From the human T2T-CHM13v2.0 reference genome, Homo sapiens, in NCBI RefSeq assembly GCF_009914755.1, contig NC_060942.1: 64,000 nt of DNA; one strand, given 5' to 3'. Of the stretch, positions 14,766-30,330 are shown one piece after another. A program made the translations under genes and the position numbers. How positions within the stretch are numbered: the stretch's first letter is position 1; the number at the start of each line of letters is the position of its first letter. The notes beneath the pieces are model-generated. The model saw nothing but the letters and a program-made list of their open reading frames with translations, had not been told where the DNA came from and did not search any database.

Positions 14766-14964
14766 AATCTTCTAGGAAACCTACAGGTGCTCAGGAACAA
14801 CAGGTGGAGATGGTCAGAAAGAAGCAGATGGGCAGTTTAGAAATACTAATTTGGTGCTCAGAAGAGAGGGGAGGAGAAATTTTAGGCTATTTGCATCAGC
14901 TGCAATCACAAAAGTGGAGGTGATCACCCAAGGATATTGTGTAATGTAAGAAAGAACTGTATGA

Positions 14965-15271
14965 GGTCGGGTGTGCTGGCTCACACCTGTAATCCCAGCG
15001 CTTTGGGAGGCTGAGGCGGGTGGATCACGAGGTCAGGAATTTCAGACCAGCCTGACCAACATGGTGAAACCCCATCTCTAATAAAAATACAAAAACTAGC
15101 TGGGCGTGGTGGCACGTGCCTGTAATCCCAGCTACTCAGGAGGCTGAGGCAGGAGAATTCTTGAACCCGGGAGGCAGAGGTTGCAGTGAGCTGAGATTCT
15201 CAAGTGCTGCACTCCAGCCTGGGCAACAAAGCGAGACTCCGTCCCAAAAAAAAAAAAAAAAAAAAAAAAAA
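14965..15271 (+). mobile_element. AluS (Sg-like), full length
   Basis: Alu dimer with ggatcacgaggtc and poly(A). Confidence 0.96.
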
Positions 15272-16304
15272 GCAACTGTGGGAAACACCAAGACCGAAAG
15301 GGTGAACAGAGGCCAGAAAGGGTCACTTAAATAAGAAGTAGGAGAAGAACTAGGAAAGAAAGACATTCTGGAAGCCAAGAGAACAATTTTAAGGAGGAAA
15401 TAATCGTCACTGTTAAAAGCTGTCAAATAGTAAAGTAGGATTTACCAAAAACAAACATACAAACAAAAACAAAACCCAACAACAACAAAAAAACAAAAAA
15501 CGAAGTCACTGGATTTGGCACAAGGAAACAAATCAGTGGTGACTTTATCCACTGTCAGAGGGGAGGAGGAGGCGGAAGCTGGACTGCAGTGCTTGAGAAA
15601 TAAGCAGGATGTGAGGAAGTACAGAAAATAGGTGTAGATTTTTAAGAAGTTGAACATTGCTGGGGAGCAGAGTGCTAGAGTAATGCTCCGAAGGTAAAGG
15701 GAACGCATCACAGAAAGGTCACTTACTGGGAGGGGGTGTGGAGGTTCTGTCTTTGAAAGTTTCAGACATTTCCTATGAGAGCCCTGCCAATCCTCACAAC
15801 TCTCAGCCAACTTCTCTCTCCATGCCTCAGTCCTTCCTCTAACACACTAGTAACAGCAGTCATAGGGGAAAAGAGAAGTAACTGAACTCCACAAAAGACC
15901 TGGGAGCAGATGATTTACAGATAAAGAAACCTAGGTGTAGAGAGTTAGGTGCTTGACCCGTGATCAAATTTACATTATGTAGTGAATACAAAAGTTCTTT
16001 ATAAATCCTAAAGAGCTACTAAAATGTAAAACAATAAAAAATAAAAAAAACCAAAAAACTATTAAAATTATTAGAGGTGGAGTGGGAGCTACAAACCAAA
16101 TCTCACACCAAGTGTCATGCTCTCATCTGTAGACACTGATTCCCTCTACGTGTAGACACCCCTCCTTCCTCCTCTCCTACAAGTCCTTACAGCCCCCATA
16201 CCACCGATTCCACACCCTCTGGGAAAGATTTCTCAAACCTGTGCTCTCCCTGCTTCTGAACCACTGGTGGTCCTTAATGACAGCCCTATGCTACTGGTTA
16301 CCTT

Positions 16305-18690
16305 AGTTTTAATCAGCTTTATTGAGAAATAATCTTTATATAATAAAACTCACAAATTTTAAGTAGACAGTGCAATGAAAAATGTTTTTGAAAAATGTAA
16401 ACATTCATGTAATCCATCACTACAATAATGATACAGACCATTTCCATTACCCCAAAAAGTTTCCTTGGGCTCTTTTACACTCAATCTCCTGCTCCAATAC
16501 CCTTCCCCTCACCCTTCCAGGCAACCACTGATCTGCTTCCTGTCACTGTAGTTGCCTTTTCTAAAATTTTCTGCAAATAGAATTATACCTTAGGTACTCT
16601 TTTGTGTCTGCCATCTATCACTCAGCATAATGCTTTTCAAATGCATCCATGCTGTTTTGTATATCAGTAATTCATTCCTTTTTATTGCTGAGTAGTTTTC
16701 CATTGCACAGACGTGCCTCGATTTCTTTATTTATCAGTGTTGGTCTATTAAGAAGGCTGCTGTAAACAGTTGTACAGGTTTTTGTGTGAACATATGTTTT
16801 CATTTCTCTTGAATACATACCTATGAGTAAGATTGCTGGATTGTATGTTATTTGTTTCACTCTATAAGAAACTGCTAAACCGTTGCACATTCTTGCTAAC
16901 ACTTGGCATTTCAGTCTTTTTCACTTTAGCCATTTTAGTGGGTGTGAAGTAATTTTCTTTGTGGTTTTAATTTGCATTTTCCAAATGAGTTTTCTAGTGC
17001 TCATATGTTGTCTTTGGTGAAGTGTCTATTCAAATCTTTGCCCATTTAAAACAATGGGTTGTTTTTCTTCTCCCTGAGTTGTAAGAGTTCTTTATATATT
17101 CTGGATACAAGTTCTTTATCAGGTATAAGTTTTGTAAACATTTTCTCCCAGTCTATGGCCTGTGGGTGGTGGTAGTGGGGCAGTTTGTCTTTTTCATTTT
17201 CTTCAAAAAACAGTGTCTTTTGAAGAGCAAAAATTTTAAATTTGATGAAATTCATCAGTTCATCACATTTTTAAAAAATTGTTTGTTTTTTATGTCCTAT
17301 CTAAGAAATCTTTGCCTAATCCAAGATCCCAAAGATTTTCTATGATTTCTTCTATAGTTTTACAGTTAAGTTTTAAGTTTTATAGTTTTAGTTCTTATAT
17401 TTATGTCTATGATCCATTTTGCATTAATATGTGTATATGGCATGAAGAGTCACAATTTATTTAATTGGTTTGGGTGTTTTTTTTAATTTGTGCATATAGC
17501 TATTTAATTGTTCCAGTACCATTTGTTGAAAAGATTATCCTTTCCCCCTTAAATTACCTTGGCACCCTTGTTGAAATTTCATTGAGCATATATGCACTGG
17601 TCTATTTCTTGATTCTATTCAATTCCATTGGTCCATAAATCTGTCATACACTATTATCCCACTGTCTTGATTACACCAGCTTTATAGTAAATCTTGAAAT
17701 CAGGTAGTGTGAGTCTTCCAACTTAGGCTTTGTCAAAATTGCTTTTGGCTATTCTAGGTCCTTTGTATAATATTGAATCAACTTGTCATTTTCTACCAAA
17801 TCACCTGGTAAGGTTTTGATTAGGATTGTGTTCAACGTATAGATCAATTTCAGGATCTTAACAATACTAAGTCTCTAATCCATGAGGATAAAATCACCCT
17901 GTTTACTTAGGTCTTCCTTAATTTCTTTCAGCAATGTTTTATAGTTTTCAGTGTACCAGGTCTTGAATGTATTTTAAGTCTATTCTTAAGTTATTTCATA
18001 TTTTTGATGCTGCCGTAAATGGCATTATTTTTCAATTACTGATTGTTCATAGCAAGAATGTAGAAATAAATTTGCTATATGCTGACAATAACAAATTTAA
18101 CAGTAAATTCAACAATAAAATTATTATATACTGACCTTTTTGTGTCCTATGATCCTGCTAAACTCATTTAGAAATCCTAGTAGGTTTCTTGTAGATTCAT
18201 TAGGACTTTTAAAACACATATTCATGTCTTGTGCAAATAGCTAAATAGTTAATAAAATTTAAAAGATAGTTCTAAATCTTCTTTTCTAATCTGGATATTA
18301 AAAATTTCTGTTTCTTGACTTATGGCACTGGCTAGGACCTATAGTACAATACTGAATAAAGGTCAGAGTACATATTCTTGCCATTTTCCTGATCTTAGGG
18401 GAAAAGTATCATTTTTCACTAAGTATGATTTTAGCTGTAAGGTTTTCATTGATGCTCTTTGTCAGGTTGAAGAAATTCCCTCTATTCCTTGTTATGTGAA
18501 AGCTGGTTTCATTTCTTTTCATAAATGGCCATTGAATTTTGTCAAATGCTTTTTCTGTACCTACTGAGATGATCATATAGTTTTCTTTTTAAGTCTAATA
18601 AAATAGTGGATGGTACTGATTGATTATGGCATGTTAAACCAGACTTACAATTCCTAGGATGGGTCCCAATGGTATCTTTTTCTATGATGA
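16305..18690 (-). mobile_element. L1MB/MC-like element, about 2.4 kb, degenerate
   Basis: cagctttattgag 3' terminus followed by colinear antisense ORF2 remnants (ORFs 16672-16902 and 17046-17255 are L1-like). Confidence 0.85.
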
Positions 18691-18699
18691 TGATGTAGA

Positions 18700-18945
18700 T
18701 AATAAGAATGATGGCAGCTAGCACTTACTGAGAATGTGCTCTATGCCACACATCTCTCTAACCTTTTACATTTGTTAACTAAATATACAACTCCTTAATG
18801 AAGACAGTATTATTATTAACATCACATTATAAGTGATGACATACAGAAGTAAATTAACTTGCCAAGGACTATACTATTCATAAATGGAAGAGCTAGAATT
18901 CACAGCCTGGTAATCCGAGTCTAGACCATGGACTCATTACACTAC
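18700..18945. mobile_element. MIR
   Basis: gcagctagcacttactgag...ttaacttgccaagg core. Confidence 0.6.
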
Positions 18946-20880
18946 TTCATTATCTCTTATATGGAGATTTATTAATTATGATGGCTATTTTTCTTGTCCA
19001 ATATGATTCACTCTCACCCCCTACTTTCAGAAACAGAAACTACTTTCCTGAAAAAAGTGAGATTATGACACAGGCTCATTCCCTGAGTCACAAAGATTGG
19101 TCAATGAATATAAGCTCTAGTTGAGCCAGCTGGAAATATTCCCTAGGATTTTACTAACTAGAAAGGGTGAGAAAGCTGCTTTTTCTCTCTGGTTAGAAGA
19201 TTGTAAAGACGTAATCCCGGAGTTGGCTATGGTCACGCTTAGCTTCACAGAGAAAACCCATGTGCAAGAAGAGAGAATGAAGTGAACTTAAGCTGAGACA
19301 GAGAGAGAGCGAGAACTGAGGGAAAAGGCTGAAGAAGAAAGGGACAGATAACGATGGTTCTAACAAATACGGAAAACATGTGAGGATTAATACACCATAA
19401 CAGAAAAAAACATCAAAGCCGACGAAGACAGAACAAATTCATGTTATGAAACTTGTCTCTTTTTACTTGCAGATTATAATAGAAATAGTAACTTCCCAAG
19501 CTTTTTTTCTCTATCAAATTATGTCATCTTAATTATTTGTTTGCTTCAATATGCGGCTTCATAGTTGCTCTTAAACTGCTACACACAAGTGTAATGCATA
19601 TTTGTACTGTAAACATGTATTTTTCCAAATGCCAAGTTCATTTAAGGCCTTGATTGTAGATCCTTGGACAGTGTTCTGCGCACAACATGGTCTAAAATAT
19701 GCTTACTACTAATTGATGATTTATCTTCTTTTCTATCGTTCTTACTCCAATAAAAGAAACTGCAATGACGTCGGTATTCTTGCCTTACAAAATCAGAAAC
19801 AAGCAGTCTTAGTTGATTTTAGTTTAAAAATCTTATCTTTAAGGACCAAAAGTTAAAATGAAGGAAAGACTAATTACGTAACAATCTTTACTAAGAACAC
19901 TGACATTTATACAAAGAAGCAAGGTTAGGGCAGGGTAAACTGCCCGTTCATTCACATTTAATTGCCTTACTAACCATAAACATTATTTTAGGTTTATAAT
20001 AACTAGCTTAAAATTCATTTCCATCCAGGACAAGAGCTAAAATGATGTTGATTTTATGGAATAAAAGGTGGAGAACAAAATAACAAAACTCAGCACCACC
20101 AGCTTGCTGACTGTCAAGTAATGCTTGTTAAAATGCAAATGTCTTGTGACTAGCAGTACACAGCATAATGCATGGACAACAGATGTGTCCATCAGTACAC
20201 TAAGCACCACACATGTTCTAGTAGAACCTACTGCTCCATATTTCAACACTATAAAGAAAACACAATAACTCATCTTCTTCAAAAACTCTATATATAGTAA
20301 AAGCAAAAGACAAAGAAATATATGTGTGATATTTAGTGAAAGAGGTTCCCACCAAAAGGGCACACCCTGCATTGTAACTGGAGAAGCCAATCCTAGAATC
20401 CTAAAAACACATAATGTATCTTAGCAAGAACTCAAAATTATAGTACAACATTCAGTATGACCTTCATGGTATGACTGCATAATCAAAAATTATATGTAAA
20501 CCCAATAATAACTAGTCATACAACATGGCAAAGTATTGGACTAAACAATGTTTCTTTAAAAAAATGCTGAAACTCAGGAATTGAATTTCCCCTAGCTAAG
20601 GTAACTAAAGTCAAAATGTGGAAGACATAGAAAGAAAACTGAAAGATGGCTAACAACTTAAAAAATGATGTTACAAAAATTATTGCTGATAAAATATGTT
20701 GAAAATAATAGGTAAAATACACAATCTGTCAATATACACTCTGGTAACTATACTACCAAATTTATAAGAGACTGAAATAAGAGAATCTAACATTAGCTTA
20801 AAGACAATTATTTTCATTTTCCACAAAAACATTCATGCAAATTTCATTTGTGTTTTTAACATAAGCACATTTTTTTTCAA

Positions 20881-21194
<314 letters not shown>

Positions 21195-23420
21195 TAGATT
21201 TGGTCAGAAATGTTATTTAGCAAAAATTACAAAATTAAAAATTGGTAATTTATCTAAAAAGCACTTTACTCCTTTTATACATATTTCATGGACAATGGAT
21301 TTTAAAAATGTATATATCCTTTATAAACTAAACTACGATGAAAGTCTAATTTTTTATAATTAGTATGCAATTCTAAAGATATCGATCTTATTAGAAGTTT
21401 TATGGTATTTTCTCTATTAGAAAATTATGTTCTGTAAAGAAAGAGATTTTCTGACTTGAAAGAAGTTTGGTTGTCTTTTTCGGTGACCCTTTCTTAGTCT
21501 CTTGAGAAAATTGCACACCAAGGAAATAGCAAATCTGTCCAGTTTTTTAAAAATCCTATGGCACAGTGTCACTAATTTATGGGAATAATTGGGATCGAAA
21601 TAACATTGAAAGAGAAAATTCATTTGGAAAGTGGAATGACCTCACAGTGAGTGCAAGAGGAGCCAGGATGGCAGGGTAGAAGTTATTATTATCACAGGTC
21701 ATAAGGCACTTCCTAAGTGTAAAGAAATTTCCTCTCAGGGGAAACCTACCAAATAAAGCATGTTTACTATATGTCAGATTTTACAAAGATAGTCACAGGA
21801 AACATGATACTGCTAACTTTGGGGAAATGCTGCAGAGTACCTATAACTACGTTATAACACAATTGATAGCCAAAATATTTCCCAGGTGTTGGACCCTTAA
21901 TTTGAGAATCTCAACTGGAACTTTGAAATTTCTTTTTTGCTTAGCCCTTAATCTTAATTTAGTGAATATAATTAGTCTTTGGGATGGCCATAGGAACAGG
22001 AAGCCTTAACTGGAATTATAGGTCTTTACTGGTAAATGCCTTTTTTCAACACCTATTAGCTTCATCACTATAAAAAAATCTTATGTCTGTAAAAACTTTA
22101 TCCATTTATTTCAACTTCCTTTTGATCTTTGTGTACCTAATTATTAATTTATACTTGTCCTACACATTTTTCCCATGTCTTCCTTTATCTTTTGTTTGTA
22201 GGTTTGTCTCATTTCTTATGTGAATACAAGTTCAAGGGCACAGATGTCCATTCCTCTTTTCTTCTTTTAACACTTCCACAATGCCTCCTGTATATACCAA
22301 TGGTTTCAGTGGGTTAATGATCCCTCATTTTCCTTTTAAATAAACTATCTACTGACTGGTGGATAAGATATTCTTTGAGTTAAAGTTCTAAAACTACTTT
22401 TTAGAAAAACCACAAAACCAATCATATATTTACAGTAACTTCATAAGAAACCCATCTCTACTGTGACTCATCCTGAATAAAGAAGTAGCTCCCTTTCCAA
22501 CCTCTTAATACATAAACCGAAACCACAAAGAGAGAACAATTTCCATGAATGAAGTTGTTATCAATGCCTATAGGAAAGCCATGGATTTAACTCCTTAGGC
22601 CTTAAATTAGAATCTTAATTTAACACAGTTCTCAGAAAGCTCAGTTACTGGCTTCCTCAGTGAAAGCTTCTAAATAATAAAAGCAACAAAGAAGAAAGGA
22701 AAACCAGAATGGGAATATGTGGAAATGGGAAAAATCTAAGAGTAGTGTGACCAAAAAGAGAAAAATGGGCCTCAACATCAAAGAAGGAGCAAACTCAGAA
22801 TTCCACTATGGTTTAGTACATCAGTACATGCTCAAATCAACAACCCTGCAGCAATGAGAAAAAGATTCAAATGTGTGTAAGGTCTTTACTTCAAACTCCT
22901 AAAAGTCTGCAATAGCAAGATCTCTATCCCAAATACTTTCTAACATTTTTAAGGTGGCGCTTTAGTGAAACATACTTTTGTTATTTGGAAAATATGTGGA
23001 ACTGCACAATTCCCAAGAATGCTAGATAAATGATGTATCACTTAAAGATTCTTATGGTTTCAAATAGCCCAGTTATTTCAATATCAACAGAATATTTCCA
23101 AAATGATAAAATTATAATTCTTTCTAATAAAAATACACTAACAATAGAGAAAATAAACGATAGTAATCCTCAGAAATAACCATGGATTAAATGTACTTTT
23201 GGAATATAGTCCTTTATTATAACTACCGATAATTACAGAGGTAGAATTCTATCAGTAGTTTTAAGAATGCCACCATCTCCAGATAATATTATAGATCAAA
23301 TCAAGTTGGGTATAACCTGATAGGAAATAATCTATTTTAAGAACTGTAATTAATGTTTAACCATGTAACCCCCCCACCACGCCCCCATTTTCCTAAAACC
23401 CAGACATAAATTCATGCTTC

Positions 23421-23439
23421 GTGCTCCCTCTGCTGGCTC
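23421..23439 (-). promoter_or_regulatory. Candidate CTCF site
   Basis: Minus strand gccagcagagggagcac is close to the core CCASYAGRKGGCRS. Confidence 0.5.
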
Positions 23440-25907
23440 AAAAGCTACAGTTAATTCCCATTACAGCACACTGAAGGGCATTGATACATTATATTTGGGA
23501 TCTTCACAATGTAATCCAGCTCCCTTCTTTGAGTGTTGATGAAAAACAAGAGAGGTGACAACTAGACCACAGTCACAAAGCTTTCTGAGAGCCAGAACAA
23601 CTCTGGTCTTTTGACTCCCAATCCAGTGCTCTTTCCATTCCATAATGATCTCACTGCCTTCATGTATGAGACTATTACTGAACTTTATTTTGCTATGAGT
23701 TATTTAAAATCTGAAGCTCAGTAGCTTTGGGTTACACAGACTTTTCACTGTACTGTAATTACAACTGATAAGGAGATTTGACCAATATTCAGTAAAGATC
23801 TATTAGGCTTAAAGAGTGTCTCCATTTCTAATTTGTTTGAACAGTGTCCAATTTAAGACACCTACTGTAAAGTTTCTTGATATACTGAGTACTTAAAATG
23901 TCACCTAATGTGATTCTACCATTTGCTTACAAACCATGTCACAACTTTTGACTTGGAATATATAGTTACCACACAATATATCTTCAGGTCTGTCAAAACC
24001 ATAAAGTTATTTTGTTGTGATGATGATGATGATGATGACAACAACGATGAATAGGCTTATAGTTACCATCTATAGAGTATCTATTACACAACAAATACAG
24101 GATTGGGTCTTTAGAGAAATCATTGTCAACATAAGGTAGATATTACTATCCCTATTTTACAGAGAAGGGAGCTGAGGGAAAGTAAATTGCCCAAGGTCTG
24201 TTTAACACGAAGTATCTACTGCTTCCTCTGTATGTAAATGCTTTGATATTTTGTTCATTCTTAATCAGCAGAGATAGCAACAGTAAAATAATCTCTTACT
24301 ACCAGCACCATCATTTCCACTTAAGGCAAAAAAAGAAAGCAAAAGATACTTTATTCAAAGCATGAATCTGTTGAACTTCTTTAAAGTTTATACTAAAGTG
24401 GAGAGGGTTAATATTTTCCTTACTTTTGGTAGAGGAAATTACATGACCTAGACTATAAATGTTAGTATTTAATTCCAGTTTACTTTTGTATAATAGATGT
24501 ATTTAATTATTTGTCAAGTGATCTGTTGTATGGAAAAACCTAACTCTAGTCTGATAACAATGCTAGTTAGATAGAAACAAACAGTCCCAGATTAAAGAAT
24601 CTAATCTGTTCAGTCAAAAAGTAAATATTTATTAAGCTAGAATATACAAGTCTATCTTTGTAAGGAAGACTTTTTTCTTGATAAGAGATATAAATTATTA
24701 TCTAAATCATGGACAGCTTTTATTCAAAATGAAGTTTAATTTCTGTGTTCCTTTTGAAACCAGAAAACTATAGATGTCAGTGCCCATCCTCGTTCTCTGG
24801 TAGTGATTAGTTGTTATTTTCATAAATGGGAATCATATTAAATAAAGAATTTAAATAGGAAAACAATGTTAAAGTGAACACCTTTCTCAATTATTTATCA
24901 GTAACCTATATGGACAGTACAGGCAACAAATGTCAATATTCTAGAAATGAGAAAGTAGCCTATGGTAAACTCCACATTAAGGAACTTAAAGAAAATTGAT
25001 AAATGATTGTAAATTTTAACCTTGCACAATTTAACATGATAAACTTGATACCTGGGGCACTACAGCTAGCATCATATAATATTTATGGATACCAATGATT
25101 TTTCAACTGAAAGATAAAATAACCTCATTTTTGATGTTATGCAGAAAGGAATATAGGCTAATTCAGACACATTTGTATTTAAACACCCACTCCTCCATTT
25201 AATAGCTCATGGGATTTCTGACACTTAATTTTTCTGAGACTCAGTTTCCTTATACTTGGTGATAATGATGGTGGCAGTTAAGAGTTGCTGTGATGGTTAA
25301 ATTGAGGGAATTAATGTAAAAACCCTTAAGAGAGAACCTATGGAAAAAGTCACCATTCAGTTCCAATTGATTTCTGGCATGGAGGACTGTGGGCTCTGCA
25401 TTGCCAGCTATTCCAACTTGTTATATGTTAGCAACAAATTCTAACTTCAAAAAACCAAAACCAAACAAACAAAAAAAACTGTGCAAACCAAACACAGCAC
25501 CTCTCTAGCCTGAGTCCAGGCTGCAGGCCGTTAGTATGCAGTTTCTGATTTGGAGAATCACTGGAAATACCACGTCATGAAATGCAGCAAACCATCTAGA
25601 GTCAAGGTCGTGTTGGAGTTAGATGGGTATTTTAAACAAAAGAGATGTGCTCTGGTAAGAAAAAGTCAAGGATAAAAGTTAAGATGATTTATGAGAGAAA
25701 CCCAAAGCAAAATGAATGTTTCCGTGGAACAGCATGATTTTGAGATCACTCAGAACTATATTTATATGCCAATGAAAAAATCTTTAATTTTTACATAAAT
25801 GCATTTTAATTTAATCCTTGATCCCCCAGTAAAGAGAACATGTTATTCTGTTTTACGAGACACAAACCAGCTGGTTTATAATAGAATTGTCCAGAGTCCC
25901 CACAATA

Positions 25908-26135
25908 CAGGTTGAATTTCCTTCATCTGAAATGCTTGGAACCAGAAGTGTTTTTAATTTTGAATTCCTGCAAATTTTGGAATATTGGCATGATACTTAC
26001 CAGGTGAACATACCAAATCCAAAAATTTGAAATCCAAAATGCTCCAGTGAATGTTTCCTTTGAGTATTATGTCGGTGCTCAAAACGTTCTGAATTTTGGA
26101 GCATTTTGGATTTTTAGATTAGGGATACCTAATCT
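25908..26135. mobile_element. Tigger4a/MER46-like MITE
   Basis: ta-caggttga...gaaatgcttggaaccagaagtg...ttagggatacctaatctg, with degenerate terminal inverted repeats. Confidence 0.8.
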
Positions 26136-26184
26136 GTGTAACCATCATATGTTCAAGATACAGCCCAAAATTACTCCACATACA

Positions 26185-27420
26185 ATCTTGGCCAAAGGTT
26201 TATCATTTTTGTTGATCTTCTCAAGGAATGAGCTTTTGGTTTTAATTTTATCTACTGCATTTGTTTTCTATATCAGTGATTCCTGCTTTTTATTATTTTT
26301 ATTTTATTTTGGGCTTAATTTGTTGTTCTTTTTCTAGTTTCTTAAGGTGAAAGCTGAAGTCACTGATTTGAGATCTTTCTTTCTTTCCAATATAGGCATT
26401 TCAGGCTATACCTTCCCCTTAAAATACTGCTTTAGTGGCAGCCATCCCACAACATTTGATATGTTCCATTTTCATTTTCACTTAGTTTAAAAATCGCTTT
26501 TGGTTTCTTCTTTGATTCATGGATTATTTAGAAGTATGTTATTTAATTTCCAAATATATGGGGATTTTCCAGAAAGTTATCCATTATTGATATCTATTAT
26601 AATTCCATTGTTGTCAGAAAACAAACTTTCCATGACTTGAATCTTATAACCTGAATCTTACTGAGACTTGTTTGATGGCATAGAATATGGTCTTTGTTGG
26701 CAAATGTTCCTATGCAAATGTTTTGGCTGGAGCTGTTATTGGTTGGAGTGTTCTATAAATGTCAACGAGGTGAAGTTGTTTGATAGCATTAAGTCTTCCA
26801 CACTCTTACTCATTTTCTGTCTACTTTTTCTATTAGTTAATAACAAAGATATATTGAAAGCTCCAACTATAACTGTAATTTGTTTCTCCTTGCAATTTTA
26901 TTAGTTTTTGCTTCAAATGTGTATGTTATAAAGTACACATTTAGGATTATAATAGTCCTCTTGATACACTGATTCCTTCATTGTTATGAAATAATTTTCT
27001 TTATTCTGGTGATGTTTCCTCTCTGAAGTCACTTTGCCTGATAAGTCCCTCCTGCTTTCTTTTGCTGGTGTTAGTGATATGGTTGCATTTATATCTATCC
27101 TTTTGCTATAGTTTTCCATTTGTCCTATTGATTCTTTTTTTCCCCTTTTTCCATTTTTCTGCCTTCTTTTGGGTTGAGTATTTTTATGATTCTATTTGTT
27201 GGCTTATTAGCTATAATTCTGAACAGTGGTCTGGGAACTCTCAATACTCACAGGGCTCCCCTCAATTGCTAACATCTCTCAGGGATTTGTTTCTTTTGTT
27301 GCCTGATGCCCAGTGTCTCCAAAGTCCCTGTTCTATATACTGTGTCTGTTTTGGTTGTTGTTTCAGGCAGAAGGGTAAATCCAGTCTCTGTTACTCTATC
27401 TTGGTTGGAAGTGAATAGTG
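26185..27420 (-). mobile_element. Old L1M fragments (ORF2 endonuclease/5' region)
   Basis: ttggccaaaggtttatcattttt...gctccaactataactgt... Confidence 0.7.
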
Positions 27421-28190
27421 ATTTTTGAACATCTGTGTGAAGAAAACCCCACAGTTTTAGATATTTTACGTAGAAACTTAAGGAACACTGGAGAAAACCA
27501 AAGATTTTTAATGTAATGTTTTTCCTTACTTGAAGTGGTGATTGCACGTTTTTTTTCCATCTCTGATAACCACAGTATTTTAAATTTCACTGTGATTTTT
27601 TAAATACAACACTACGTATTTGAGGGGAAATTTTATTCACCTAATCCCACTAATTAAGTGATTTGTATCACTGTATTTTATTTGCACTAGTCTCTTATTG
27701 TAGATTGTAAATGCCAGTCATTGATAGTCTTTTAAAACTTATCCTTCATTGTGAAAATCAACATATTAGGTACTTGCTACTTTTCCAGAAAACGTTGTGG
27801 CACCATCAGGAAGGACAAACACCACAAGGCAGTCCTGCACTTCTAAATTTGTGCCCATCACTCTTTACTTCACTCCACATCAGTCCGCTCATCATTCCTG
27901 CACACTCCATTCTGTTCCTCCGTTAACTGCTTGGCCTACACTCACTTCCCTCCCCTATACAAACCTGCCTGGCAATTTTCGATTCACCCTTCAAAATGTA
28001 GCTTAGAAAAATATTTACCACATTTTCAAGTTAATTATATACATTTTATTTCACTAAATATTAAGTTCTTGAGCCTGGGATAGTTCACTTCTGCCTCTTT
28101 GATGCCTAGCGTAGTGCCTGTACATTTAACAGGGTCTCAAAAAATGTTTATTTAATTGAACTGAACTCAGAAATAATTTGGGATGCACAG

Positions 28191-28580
28191 TGTTAGGGAC
28201 TGAATGTATGTGTCTCCCCCAAATTTCCTATGTTGAAGCCCTAACCTCTAGTATCGCTGTATTTGGAATAAGGAAATAATTAAGGTTAATGAGGTCATAA
28301 GGGTGAGGCTCTGACCCAAAAGGATTAGTGTCTCCATACAAAGAGACACCACAGATCTCTCTCTCTGTGCACGTACTAAGAAGAGGCCTTGTGAACACGC
28401 AGTGAGAAGGCAGCCATCTGCAGCCCAAGGGGAGGGCCCTCACCAGACCCCACTAGACCCCACCCTACTGGCACTTTGATCTTGGACTTCCAGTTTCTAC
28501 AACAGTGAGAAAATAAACTTCTGTTGTTTAAGCCACTCAGTCTATGGTATTTTGTTATGAGCCTGAGCTGACTAATATAC
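28191..28580 (+). mobile_element. MLT1A/B solo LTR
   Basis: tgttagggactgaatgt...cttggacttccag...aataaacttctgttgtttaagcca...taatataca. Confidence 0.85.
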
Positions 28581-28953
28581 ATAGGGATGTGTTTAAGATG
28601 AGGCAGTTCCTCTCTTCCCACTAAAAAGCAAGTTAGGGCTCTTGGGTCTCCAGTAGTAAAAACTCTTCTGTTGGGAAAAACAAAAAAACAAAAAACAAAA
28701 TTTTTTTTTTTTGGCGGGGGAAGGGAAGTGGCCTTTTCTCCAGAGGGCTATGCTTGAAAGAGTATTGTCACTTCATCCTTAGCCAAGGCCACAACTCACT
28801 CCCAACTAAGATTAGACATTCCATAAGTTCTCTTACAAGCAAACTAATTATAAAAGAAAGCTCAATTCCCTAAGGACTGGGTTACTGAGGTAGTAGAGAA
28901 GTGCAAACCCTTATTCCATCACAGAGTCAGAGTTCAGAGATACTGCAGCAATA

Positions 28954-29320
28954 CAGTATTCCCCCCTTATCCACGGGGGATACATTCTAAGACCCCCAGT
29001 GGATTCCCAAAACCATGGATAGTAGCAAACCCAATATATACTATGGTTTTTTGATCTGATAACTGAGATGGCTGCTAAGTAATGGCTGTTAAGTGACTAA
29101 TGGGCAGGTCGCATATACAACAGGGATACACTACACAAAGGGATGATTCGCATTCCAGGTGGGACACGGCAAAATTTAATTACACTATGCAGCACAGTGC
29201 ACAATTAAAAACTTACGAATTTTCTATTTCTGAAACTTTCCATTTAATATTTTTAGACTACATTTGATTGTGGGTAACTGAAACCCCAGAAAACAAAACG
29301 AGGATAATGGGGGACCACCG
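28954..29320 (+). mobile_element. MER44A-like (TcMar-Tigger) MITE
   Basis: cagtattccccccttatcc...ggataatgggggaccaccg terminal inverted repeats. Confidence 0.82.
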
Positions 29321-30114
29321 CATATATCTCAGAGGTAAGAAGAACTATTACAGGGCTTCTAAAATAACCATCATTTATGACATTATAAAATAAAGCTACA
29401 GAAGGAATGAGGAGTGCTAGAAGGAGGCTTTAGTTTTTGGAAGGGGTGGTCAGGGAAGGCTTCACTGAGGAGGTGTCATTTAAGCAAAGACCTGAAGATG
29501 CTGTGTGTGTGTGAGTTGTGCACAATCTTGAGAAAGAGTATTTCAATAAAAAGGAACAATAAATACAAGAAGGACATGTTCAAGTTGAATTACAAGTAAT
29601 CTCATGAATTTCTATAAAAGACCTAAATCACATCATTTTTGTTTGCCAAGAACCATCCCCCATCCCCAAGAAAAGTTTCATCTTTCTTAAAAGAGAAAAT
29701 TAAATGATTACTATTCAGCTATCATTTACAGCAACAACAGAACCTATCTGCTACAGAGCAGGAATTGGATTTGAAAAACACAATGCTGCTAAAAATTACA
29801 TCTTTAAGACTTACTTGAATGTAAAATGAGAATTACTGTATTCAATAATTCTATTATATGACTGTAGAAACTTGTCTACTTATGAAAAGTAAGAACAGTC
29901 TAGACAGGTAGAAGTTGTAATGTGAGCTTCATAATATTAAAGCTGGAATGAAAAACAGTTTTTCGAATTTATTTCATCAATTACTGAAATATTGCTAGAA
30001 ATAAAAGGCAGAAAGCTCACAACAACATCAGAAAGCTTAAAGTATTTATCTTTAAATTGAAAATATGCTAACTGCTAATGTATAAAAAGTAGTTGTTATT
30101 GTAGTAATAGTAGA

Positions 30115-30330
30115 AAAAAATAATAGCCACATGTGAGTGCTTAGCATGTGACATGTACTGTGCAAAGTATTTTGCGTGTACACATGGCCTCGTTTAAACC
30201 TGGCCTCAACCCAGAGGGGCAGGTTTCCCTGTTATTCCCAACTTGCTTGCTGAAGATTACCAGCTGGTCAGTGGCAGAACTAGAACTCAAGCCTAGGCAG
30301 CCTGACTCATAGCCTAAGCACCATATGCAC
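30115..30330. mobile_element. MIR
   Basis: cagctggtcagtggcagaactagaactcaagcctaggcagcctgactc. Confidence 0.65.
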
